The notes under the pieces were generated by a model. That model did not search any database, was not told the DNA's origin, and worked only from the letters and a program-made list of their open reading frames with translations. Both the position numbers and the translations under genes were made by a program. A stretch of DNA of 64,000 nt from Anthoceros angustus (taxonomy: Eukaryota > Plantae > Anthocerotophyta). This document shows, piece after piece, positions 51,501 through 62,201 of the stretch (the stretch's first letter is position 1; every line of letters begins with the position of its first letter). The stretch lies in assembly GCA_010909165.1 (NCBI GenBank), contig MU008206.1, forward strand, positions 248,001 through 312,000, given 5' to 3'.

Positions 51501-52940
51501 TGACTCTAAGGCCTCAATTGTACATATGCCAAACCTGAAATTGAAATGACCTTGATGAACTTGTAAATACCATGGTTTGGTTGCACAAGATGTGGCCATA
51601 TTCACACGCTGTGATGTCCCGCTCCACTCCGCTTGGGATCTGGAGCACTTTGATTGACTTGCGACCTTGCGGGTGACAATGTCCAACTTAAGCGCCTTTT
51701 TAAAACCCCATCTCGTGGAAGACCTTGGAAGAGCCCAAGATTGATGCAAGTGAGCCATGGCCACGACGCCAAAAGTGGTGTCGGCCGCAGGCCGGTGTTG
51801 CCGCTAATGGTGTTGCTGGCGGCGCGGGGCGGGTGTCGGTGCGATGGCGGTAGCGGTGTCGGCAATGGCGGATGCAGAGGGTAGGCGGAGACCATTCATG
51901 GCTCGGGCAGCCTACTGGGCAAGTGTCCGGGAAGACTTGCGTAGTCGTTTGGTGGTGATGCGGCAACCGCAGATCCGGGAGGCGCAACTGATGCCGGAAA
52001 GGGTCGCCACGGCCAGCGAGGCGTCGGTGATCACGTGCGTCGGTGGCCCACCAGACGATGAGGCTGAGGATACACAATCAGTGAAGTCAAGCTAGTCTCT
52101 AAGAAGGGACCAAGAAAAGGGCCATCTAGTGTTTGGGAGAAGTTCGTTATTTCCTAGCCCATGTTTGTTCTTGCGTGTTTAGGCGTGGTGTGTGTTGGAA
52201 GGAAGGCTCTCCTGTACATGCGGAGGCGCTATTGTTTCAATTGAAGCACTTCAAAATTGTCCAAAGATTCTATCAAGTATGTCAAGCTGTGTCTTTCTAG
52301 TCTCTCCATTGTCCTATTGTCTAGCCACCTATAGTTCAGCGTTTGACATGTGCCTCTAGGGCTTCCTCTAGCGTGGCCTGATCAGAGGGCTTACCCAATA
52401 CTTGGGCTTGTCCTTCTTGTTGTGGGGATCCAAATGTCCCGCCCAAAGATCTCGACTTTGGCCTGAAGACGCAACGCACGTTAGGGCAGGCCCAAGCTTC
52501 CCTTATTCGTGGTTGCATAGCCCGGCCCTACTTCCACATAATAATTACCTTCAACAACCTCGCCTTTGCGAATTGGGCGACCTTCCAAAACTTGTCTCAT
52601 GCCGTTCTCGAGCCTCAACACCTCGACACACCTGAGGAGGTAGAATTTAACGTTCTCTGCATTGCCTGGCTCCACACGTACCATATAGTTGTCTCCAGGC
52701 TCCAACTCTCGCACTCTCGGGGACAAGTGACTAGTCTTCGGTCTTGATGAATGCTTCAGTTTGGTCATCTTTGGAGCCTTCCGCTTCATGCCCCTACTCC
52801 CAGAGCGGGTCCCCATCCCCTCAGCAGCCTCACTATTATCATGTTGCACCAAACCTGTGCCCACCCCACTCACATTTCCAGCCTCAGACAGTTCAGGCGA
52901 CACCTCCACCCTAGCCTGCTCCACCTGACATGTGTCCTAG

Positions 52941-55900
52941 TGTGGGCTACGGACTTCCCTTGGGGGTTAGGAAATAAGTGGGGTTTTGTTTTTTTCGTAG
53001 GTCCGAAGAATAAAATAAGGCGGAAAAGGAGGAATAAGCGGACGGTGCTCGGAGTATACTCCGACCGTGAGGGTAACGACCGCACCACTACGACAAGCTA
53101 CGACCGCGACCGGTATCGGATAAGTCCGGACCCCACCCGGTCAAAACAGATAAGTACGCCTGTGAAAGTAATTTAGAAGTTGAGTCGTGAGGATGCATCG
53201 AGCGCGCCACGTGGACGGCCCCGAGTGGAGGTCGGCATGCAGCAGACCGAGGCTTGGGGGCCGTTATAAGGTATTCACGCCCCGATCGCGCGCGCAAGGC
53301 TGCAGTACGCGCGTAAGGTCGAGTAAGCCATGCACCGCGCTACGGATGTGAAGAGGCACCTCCCGCCGCCGTTACCCCGCGGCCGACGAGGAGGGTCATT
53401 TCTCCGGCGACCGAGACACCGCAGCCTCGCGCCCGCAACCCGCCTCCGCGCTATCTTCGAACGCCAGCATCTGCTGCTCACCGCTGGGGTTGGAGCAACA
53501 AGAGGGCGATCGTGCCGATCTCGCACCGCCCGGCCAAGAAAGGAGAAGAAGGCGATGGGACCAAGAAGGTCATGGAGGTATGGGAGCCATGGAACCCGGT
53601 AGAGCGCAACATTGTAACCCGCGCTATCCGGACTTTGGGCCATGGAGGAGGCGGAGGATTAGTCAAGAGTGGCACTTAGACGTGTTCCAGTCAGTTCGAC
53701 GCTTGACGTTGTCACCGTCCGGAGTTCGCCGGAAGATGTTGGCGGCCAACAAGGAGGTTCGTCCAAGAACCTCCGGAGGATCCTGTGAGATGGACCTTGA
53801 GGTCCCGAGGGCGGCTTACAACCGCCCAACGGAGGAGGTTGGGGCGAGTCCCGAGCCCCTCAAGGCGAGGGAAAGATAGAGGCGCAAGGCGCGGCGTCAA
53901 GCTAACGCAGACAACCAACTACCGGTTGATGCCTGACCGCCGGATGTAAGGGTGAGGGCGAGTCGGATCATTGTCCATCGAACTTGCTCACCAAGGTGGA
54001 TCACCTTGGTGATAATTTGTTGGTGTTCTGCATGCGTTGCGGCGGGCAAGAGGGCGACTGGGAAGGATCATCTTCGCCAGTTCACCAGAGGCCCAAGCCG
54101 AGGAGCGAGAAGCCACTGCTGACTATCCCCATACCGATCCATGTATGGGGACACACGACCTCAAGGATGGGGAGGTAGAGCGGCGCCCGGAAAGGGTTGG
54201 CGGCCCTACTGAAGGTGAGGCAAGGCGCCTGAGGTAGAGGCCCGACCCCTAGGGCCAAACGGGTCCGGAGGAGGACGATCGAAGGGATACTGACTCCATA
54301 CGTCTGAACGGACCCCTCACCACCTAGGGAAGTGTGGAAGATATCCCCGCTTCCTCCTCTGGTGCCTCGAGCACCAAGGCAGCAGAGACGGCCCGACCCA
54401 ACACCCACCACCACAACGGCAGGAGCCCCGACGAACTCGCCGGGCAATCAAGAGGCGAAGACGGTGCCACCCGCCAACGCAGCACTGGGTGCTCAGGTTT
54501 TGCCCCGCCCACGGAGTGGCAAGAGGTCAAGAGGCGTGAGAAGGGCGTAAAGGGACGCCAAGGAGCAGGAGGTCACCGCAAGAACCCCACTGAGCCGGTC
54601 CTGTCGCCGACCGGGAGAGGCAAGGGGCCGCCTCGAACCCCCTCACCCTCCGAGCCCTGTGACGAAGAGGCGAATAAGGAATCATGCCAAGAGGGCCAAG
54701 GAGGGTGAAGCTCCTGACTCGCAATCAGACCTAAGGGACCCGATTAGGTCCGAGAACCCCACCGACTCCCGATCAGATGGAGGTCCTGGCGACCGTGAGA
54801 TGCCCGCCTCCCACTACGGACTTTTGGGGCCTCACTGGCGGCCGTGGAAGAGACACGGCGGTCCTGCCACCGCCATGGATTCAGATGCTGGGGTCTCTGG
54901 GACAGAGAAGACCTGTGAAGTGGAAGCCACAAGGAGGCGATGGTGCTCCTCCGAGGGAGCAATTGGAGGCGCCCAGAGGCGAGGAGGAAGGCGAAGCTCT
55001 CGGCCGCATCAAGAAGGGAAACGGGAGGCCGAAGGGAAGTCCGTCCATTCGACAGACGACTAAATTCCTTCACCGGGTGAGCACAAGCAGCATGGAGGCC
55101 CAAGCGCTGGTCAAGACCTGCAGTGGAGAGGGGTAGCGCAGAGAGGAGGAGGCCGCAGCAGAAGGCTCGCGACTGGCCGAGGCACCGACCAGACTAAGTC
55201 GGGCCTGTGAAGGCGGCGAGGAGGCGAGGAGGCGTCAAGACCGACCGCGATCACTATCGGCGTGATCGAACCGGTGGAGGGAGACAGGATAGGCTAACTC
55301 AAGACGGAGCAGGAGGCGAGCAAAGGGCCACCATGCCGAGGAGAAGGAAGCCCGCGACAAGGAGATGGAGGATCTCCTGACTCGCCAGAGGTGGAGCAAT
55401 GCAGGAGATGGAAGACCGCAAGAGACTCGAGCCGCAGCCCAAGTTACCATTGAGGAATGGTATCTGCAGGCGTGATCACGATCACGAACGAGATAGAGCG
55501 GCTCCACTGCTGGGACGGAGGAGGTAAGGCGATGGAACAAGGAGCGTGACGCCGAAATGGAGAAGGACTCGACGGCAAACGGGCAGAGTTGCCCGACCGT
55601 CTGAGAGGGAGATGGCGAGCTAAAGGCCGTGATGAACGGGAGCGAGAGCACCGGACGCAAAAGAAGCCGGTCCGCTAAGGAAGGCGGAAGGGAGCGCCGC
55701 GCTATGGCGGTAAGCCAGCAGAGCGAAACGACGGAGCCGGAGCAAAGTGAGCAACAACAGTGTGAGGTGACCGAGGCCCTTGTGGCCTCGCGAGATTCGG
55801 CCCGCCCACCACGAACTGGCAGGAGATGGTCCAAGAAGCCGGACAAGACGCCTCCGAGCACCAATGGCGAAGGAGTATCGGTGCTCCGGCACATGTGGAA

Positions 55901-57312
55901 GAGGCAATCCAAAGAATTGACTCGGATTTTGCCTACTACCACGCCGAGCTCCTTAAGGCATTGAAGCCTCTCCGCCATAAATGGACGGACCCCAAGGCTC
56001 AAGGGATGAAGGGCATGGGGACAAGACGGACCCTAGTGGCCTGCTTGGAGACGACGGCAATGGGGAGAAGAGCCTCAGAGGAGCAGGACGCGCCAATACA
56101 ACGGACCTCGTGGTAAGTCCACCGCAACCCGCCGGGAGGATAGAGGCGGGGCCCCGAAGGCTGGAAGGAAGCCAACCCACCCAAGACAAGGGCCTGGGTA
56201 GGGATGAGGGCCTAGCAAGAAGAGGTCCGAGATAAGGGGTCCGAGCTTGGGGACCGGACCGAGAATAACCGACCGAGGTCCGAACCCTGAGATGAGACCG
56301 ACTCGACTCAGAAATAAGGCACTCAAGTTCAGACTCGGAGTCGAGACCGACCCCGAGGTCCGACTCGAAGCAAGGAGGAGTCCCTCCGACTTACGCCGGG
56401 GAGCAGCCACTGGTCTACCGGGAGGGACCCACCGGGGCTGGGGAAGACGTTGTGGTAACGGCCGCCGCCGCCAGCCCAACCCGATGTGATTCCGGAAGAG
56501 GAAGGGTCCGCCTCGCGGATCATCCGATTGCGCGCCGCAATGCCGTGACGGAGATTGGACCACCAATACCGAGACGGAACCTGTGACCTTCCCAGCCCAC
56601 CGACGAAGGAGATAGGAGGAGGAATAGGATGGTAGGCGGCCGACATGCATCGAAATGGCCACCACCGTAATAGGGTGTAATAAAGACGCCGACTTGGGCG
56701 TAGTATAAGAGGGCCGAGGCTCAATAAATCATCTTCTCTTGGTGTTGATCTGCGTTTCTTGCAGACCTTGTGTGTCTTCATGCTAACGTGAGTCCCGAGT
56801 CATCGAAAGGTGCACGGCTACCCGAGAGATCGATCAAGGTCCCGTGACGGACCCTAGCGTGTGGTGGTGTGCAGGAGAGCGATCGGGGACCGTGTTCGCC
56901 GCAGAGCAGCCGCCCAAGATCGAGCGGACTGAACGAGCCGGAGGAACTCCGGAGGCAGAGTCGGACGAGAGGCCCGCTGAGCAACGGAGGAGGTCCGGAC
57001 GTAGCCACTATGCTCTTTTCCAAGGTTGATGAGCGAGGAGAGTGATGAGAGGAACGGACTAAAGGAACGAGTGACGTATGGAACGATACGACGCAAACGG
57101 GTCTTAAACGCTTGGCCACACCGGCCTCGTGAACGTTATGAGTAGTTAGACGAAACGACGATTGCGTGTGTTAAAGTTGAGCTGGACGCAAAGTAAGGTG
57201 AGAATCCGAAACGCGGCAAACGGAGCTTATCATTCTCTCGGGAACGGACTCCTTACTACAACGACACGGGATTGTGCGCGCCCGGCTGGCCGTCAGCGAA
57301 AGTCGCGCCACA
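52941..57312 (+). mobile_element. Giant solo-LTR-like unit, copy 2 (4372 bp)
   Basis: 5-bp TSD CCTAG at 52936-52940 and 57313-57317. Termini are TGTGG...CCACA. TATAAGA is at 56704-56710 and AATAAA at 56723-56728. It is homologous to 630-5285. Confidence 0.87.
53330..56116 (+). pseudogene. Frameshifted long ORF inside solo-LTR copy 2
   Basis: RAQHCNPRYPDFGP, KMLAANKEV, MDLEVPRAAYNRP, AKRAKEGEAPDSQSDLRDPIRSENP, HVEEAIQRIDSDFAYYHAELLKALKPL. Confidence 0.65.
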
Positions 57313-57317
57313 CCTAG

Positions 57318-57715
57318 TCCACTTCAGGTCCATCATGCTTCGCCTCATGAGATGTGTCCTCATTCTCCACCTCATGTGTGTCCCTGTCCACCTCAAGTGG
57401 GGCCTTCTCAACCTCAAGTGTGTCATTCTCCACCTCATGTGTGGCCTTTGTTTGGTTAGGTGTGGCCTTCTCTACCTGATGCCCCTCCATGTCCACCTCA
57501 AGCGTGTCCTTGTCCACCTCTAGTGTGGCCTTCTCAACTTGAGCTATGTCATTCTCCACCTCATGTGTGGCACTTTTCTGCCTAGGTGTGGCCTTCACCT
57601 CAGGTAGCTCCCTGTCCACCTCAAGTGTGTCCTTGTCCACCTCAAATGTGGCATTCTCCACTATAAGTGTGGCCTTTTCCCGCTCAGGTGTGGCCTCCTT
57701 CACCTCAAATGTGGC
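57318..57715 (-). repeat. Coding 21-bp minisatellite (7-aa acidic repeat EVEKATL/EVDKDTL)
   Basis: CCACCTCAAGTGTG(T/G)CCTT-type units. ORF 57314-57703 translates them in frame. Confidence 0.85.
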
Positions 57716-58760
57716 GGCTCATTCTCCACCTCCTCATTGGGCGTCGCTTCCTCAAGTGTGGGCGTTGTTGCAAAGTTGTCCAAAACTTCTGCATCAGGTA
57801 AAAAGTCATCAAGTGCTTGGGATTGGATGTCATCCACTAAGCCGCCAACCACGTCATCACCTCCATGAACCTCCTGATCTGCCTCCCCCCACACTGCACC
57901 TCGTTCCACAGCCACTGGGTCTTCCTTTGATCCGGCTCCTGTGTGGGTGTCATCAACCTGCAGCAATTCCATTGTTGCAACCTTCTCGAGGCCTACACCA
58001 GATTGACCCCCTTGCATTGGAGCCGTTTTTTCCACCGAGGGCGGGGTCCAAGCACCCCCCTCTGTGCCCTGACTCGGCACGCCAAAAACTGAGCTGTAAG
58101 AGCCGCCGCCAAGGGTGGCAAACAGAGTGGCCGTGTTCCGAATGGGAACACGGCGACTAGCACTTGTCACCGACGGCAGCTTTTCATAGCAAGCTGCAGA
58201 AAAAACATGATGATAGCATTAGACTTGGAGGGAAAGCAACACAGGTGCAAAGGGAGAACCCTATTCCTCGGCACACACCCCTCTGCACACACTTGGAGAT
58301 GCTGCTGCCCGCATGTCCTGGCGGTGGCTACGGCGGATCTTCTCAAGGCGGGAGAGCAATGCATTCGGATCCTTTACACCATCAAGGTACTCGATTTCCA
58401 CTCCTTGAGGTACCGCGCCTCGGTATTGTTCCTGGAAGGTCCCAACCTTTTGCGACATACCACCGGGTGTCCACATCCATGCTGCAGTCTTCCAGGGCAC
58501 ATGTCTTGTTGGTCTGCAAATGGGAAAAAAGGAAAAATTCATGGTACATATGCCCGCACGAGAGCAAAACCTGCTCATTGCAGCCAAACCACCTGCAATG
58601 ACACGCACTCAATGAGAAACAAGGTAGACACTAGTTCCAGACAAGAAAACAGATCCGCACAGTACACCGAAAGAATACCTTGCGCATATAGGGCAAGCAT
58701 TCACAGCAATTGTTGGCCCGGTCGTCCGCTCCAATGGCGCTGGAAGGAAGTTGGTGCGAC

Positions 58761-59400
58761 TGATCAAATACATTAGGGTTAGGGCACTATTCATTAGGGC
58801 ACCATTCATGGGGCACCATAACTTAAACATTATTATCTACCTAGGGCATTGCGTAGTTAGTAGTTAGTAGTTAGTAGTTAGTAGTTAGTAGTTAGTAGTT
58901 AGTAGTTAGTAGTTAGTAGTTAGTAGTTAGTAGTTAGTAGTTAGTAGTTAGTAGTTAGTAGTTAGTAGTTAGTAGTTAGTAGTTAGTAGTTAGTAGTTGG
59001 TAGTTAGTAGTTAGTAGTTAGTGGTTAGTAGTTGGTAGTTAGTGGTTAGTAGTTAGTAGTTGGTAGTTAGTAGTTAGTAGTTAGTGGTTAGTAGTGAGTA
59101 GTTAGTAGTTAGTAGTTAGTAGTTAGTAGTTAGTAGTTAGTAGTTAGTAGTTAGTAGTTAGTAGTTAGTAGTTAGTAGTTAGTAGTTAGTAGTTAGTAGT
59201 TATAGGAGTTATAACTACTTAGCGGTTATCTGGCTTATAGTTGTAACCGCCTAACCTCCTAACCATCTCGCCTATAAATAGGCTTTGTACTTTGTATTAT
59301 ATTCATTACATACAACTCTTTTGTGCAAAAGCTTTTCTACTATTTGCTTGCTATGTTTTGCTACCTAGAGCAGCTATGATTCTCATCATGGTATCAAAGC
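58761..59400 (+). mobile_element. Lone copia LTR (58761-59388) plus PBS (59389-59400), related to the copia B LTR
   Basis: TGATCA...TCATCA ends. It shares TAGGGCACTATTCATTAGGGC, ACTTAAACATTA, TTGTACTTT and GATTCTCATCA with the reverse complement of LTR B. TATAAATA is at 59273, and the LTR is followed by TGGTATCAAAGC. Confidence 0.88.
58853..59202. repeat. (GTAGTTA)n heptamer array, about 50 copies, inside the LTR U3
   Basis: 350 bp of near-perfect 7-mers with a few A>G variants. Confidence 0.97.
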
Positions 59401-59899
59401 ACCCTTCCACTTCAACATCCATGAGGATGTTGAACATCCGCTCCTTCCGGTTGACAACGCAAGCCTGCTGCTGAAGCTCATGTTGAGCGCGGCAGTCCTC
59501 TGTCGCTAACTCCTCAACCCGAAGGTACAGGCTTTTCTCCAGAGTGTACAAGGCTTGAAGCTCGCCCGAAAGGTGGCTGATCAGGGATCTGTGCCCTTGA
59601 ATGTCGTCAAAAGTCTTATCCTCATCAATGCTCTTCTGCACCATCTCCATTTCTTGAGAACACTTGCGGATGTCGAACGCCACCTGCCCAAGTCTCTGTT
59701 TTTCACCAGTCAATGCTTGCTTCATCTCCTTTGCAGTGGCATCCACCTTGTCAAGTTGCAGATTCACATCTGTCAACTCCCCAGCGATACGGATCAAGTG
59801 GTCACTGAGGATGGTAGCCACCTTGCTCTTCCTTCGCGTGCTGCCCTCACCTGATCATTACCAGTAAGTTACCCATTCACCCTTCCAGTGGAACATTAT

Positions 59900-60220
59900 T
59901 GCATGCAAAGTGGCATTGTGCCTCCAGGTAGAACCAATATGCAGGAAAAGTGGCCTTGGGCATGTGGAAGTGGAAGATGCATACGAGTAAATGACCAGGG
60001 TGCAACGCACATGTGGCAGAGTGGACCAGAATTGTAGGCAAAGTGGCATTGTGCACACAGGTGGAACAAATGTGCAGGAAAAATGACATTGGGCACAGGA
60101 AGTTGAAGATGCATACGAGCAAATGACGGTGCGGCACATGTGGCAGAGTGGACCAGAATTGCAGGCAAAGTGGCCTTGTACACACAGGTGGAACAAACTG
60201 CAGATAAATTGACATTGGGC
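59900..60220. repeat. Tandem duplication of about 130 bp in a probable intron of the accessory gene
   Basis: GAAGATGCATACGAG..CACATGTGGCAGAGTGGACCAGAATTG..AAAGTGGC recurs at about 127-132 bp spacing. Confidence 0.8.
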
Positions 60221-62201
60221 ACACCAAGCGGATGAGAAACAAACAGCACATGACTAGGGTGCGACGCACATGTCGCTCAACAACCAGGCCTGAGTTACTT
60301 ACCAAGATAAGCTAGTGCATGGTGCACTTCACATGAGCCTACACTATGTCAAAATAGGTTGACTGACAAGGAGGGCCATCCTGGGTGCTCCTTAGAGGAT
60401 ACTAGGTAGTCTAGAGGGACTTAGCGACCAGGCATGCGAAACAGAAGATAAATCAGGCATGTTAGACAACCTTGGAGAGACAAAATAAAAACAAGCACAT
60501 CCTACCATGAGGTGTCTGCTGCTCATGTCTGTGGGCTTCCCTACAATGAGTAGGGGCTCTTCCTCCTTGATTCTGAGCCTCCACCGCCTCGCTTTCCCTC
60601 AGATTTCGCTTTTTTATTCCTTCCGGATTGGGTCTTCTCGTGAAACACCCTCCGCTTCACCTCGACACGACAAGTTTCTCCAACAGAATCCCAAGGGCCA
60701 TAAGCCTAGGGACCGCTTCTCCCCAAGATGGGCCTCAACTCGTACATGCCATAAACAAGAACATCAATTTCCTCCATTCTTCTTATTTGAGGCAGCAATA
60801 CCCGCCAACCATGCCCTCGTTAAACTGGGGCCAAAAGCTTCTCCACCTCCTCATTCCCCAACATTTCCCTCGGTCCATTTGCAAGCCCCAAGTCTTTGAC
60901 ATCCACCCCAACACACGCCATCAGTAGCCTTCCATGTCCATCTTGCCATGGGCTCTTTCGCTTCTGCCCATATTCCCTCCAGAAGCGCTCTCTTTGCTGC
61001 TGCTCGGCACTCCTTCCCTTTCCGGCTCCGCTTTTCCGCTGCCCTACTTTTGGATTCCAAGGATCTACCACTTCGGTGCTTGGGCACCTCAGGTGAGGTC
61101 ACTTCCACCTCACCTCCAGTCTCGTCACTGTCACCAGATGAGTGCCCAGAGCTCCCCTCCTGAGTGTGGTCTTCCACATCTCTGTCCTTAGATGAATTCC
61201 CTCTGCACACACAATTCAAAGGAAGGACCACTGTTAAGTTAAATGGAAAGCATGGTTAGGCAGACAGCGAGCACCATCCACATCTACAGCATGAAAAGCA
61301 CTCTGAGCACTGCCTCGAGCTGGCCAGGTTGGTTAGTAAGGTCCGTGAGAGTGACTAGAATCAGGTTTGCCTCTCGCCTCGGCGCAACTAAAAGCAGGCT
61401 CAGATAAATGCCAAGCATCTGGGGGCATGCCAAGATCAAGTCCCCATCGCGACGGCTGCCCCTTGTCCTCCGCCATCCAGCTCTCTGTCAGGGCGAGGCC
61501 CATGTCCAGCCCCAAACCACAACTGGGCTCAAGGAGGGCTCCATGCCGGGTCTCGGGACATGAGCTTAGAGGTGCCTCCACCTTGGGCGTAAGAGGCCTT
61601 GCACTTGACGATCACCACCTCACCCAATCGCACCCTTAACTTTCCAAACATGCAATCATACACGGGGCCGTGGCATCACGGCTCAGCTCCTAGGTGGGCA
61701 TTTCTCTGGGCACAATCTTTGTCGAGGCGGTCATGGCGGCAAGCAAGCCCCGAACCCCGGCAATTGCAGCTCAGCGACTCGCACTCGCAGTTGGTGGCTC
61801 GAACTTGGCTGTCCTCCCGGCCTGGCCCGATCTCCCTTCCGCGCTGCTCCTCTAGCAAGTAGGGACCTCATTGTGGTTGAGTGGGCACCCTCCTCCCCTT
61901 CCTCCTGAACACTCCAAATGGCGATGGTGTCAAGCAGCGCCTCAGAGCTCCCGCGTCGGCTTCGCCCACACCTTCACGCCCGAGCCGCAGTTTCGGCCCC
62001 AAGTTCACATGACATGTTCACGCTCGAGCCCAGATTTTCCTGGTTCAAGTTCGTATTGTACGACATGTTCACGTTCCAAATTTGACTTAACTTCAAACTA
62101 TATAAATATTGGATAACCGAAACTCGCCGTATATGCAGCACATAGTGCACATTTGCATATGTCACAAAATGTGCTATACCTAACCGTGCCTACACCCAGG
62201 A

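Larger units (their letters stand above)
52336..61230 (-). pseudogene. Accessory gene of Sola2-like copy 2 (multi-exon; interrupted by two LTR-derived insertions)
   Basis: RMEEIDVLV..VPRLMALGILLEK (about 60780-60670), coiled coil 59401-59821, RING CPIC[intron 58593-58678]..CGHMYHEF..CALEDC..WYVAKGW, acidic 7-aa repeats, MKRKAPK, LEPGDNYMV..KFYLLRC..VEGNYY. Confidence 0.75.
48239..62197 (+). mobile_element. Sola2-like DNA transposon, copy 2 (about 8.9 kb without nested insertions)
   Basis: 4-bp TSD AGGA at 48235-48238 and 62198-62201. TIRs GGGTCCAAGCACGGTTAGGTAGACCAC and reverse-complement GGGTGTAGGCACGGTTAGGTATAGCAC. Removal rejoins copia RT EMKDI.GELRFCL. Subterminal GTGAACATG motifs are inverted at both ends. 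Confidence 0.88.

Noticed and set aside
630-57312. The two inverted 4.5-kb repeats as ends of one giant element or inversion
   Set aside because: Each copy has its own distinct TSD (CAAGC; CCTAG) and sits in a different host, so they are independent insertions.
57318-57715. CRISPR-like array
   Set aside because: The units are contiguous degenerate 21-mers without unique spacers, they translate in frame, and there are no cas genes in this eukaryotic context.
58853-59202. Telomeric or interstitial telomeric repeat
   Set aside because: The unit GTAGTTA lacks the GGG run of TTTAGGG-type repeats and lies inside a recognisable LTR.
59351-59400. C-terminal end of ORF 59351-59821 as real protein
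   Set aside because: The last residues (FDTMMRIIAALGSKT) are read-through into the PBS and LTR; the host frame resumes below 58761.
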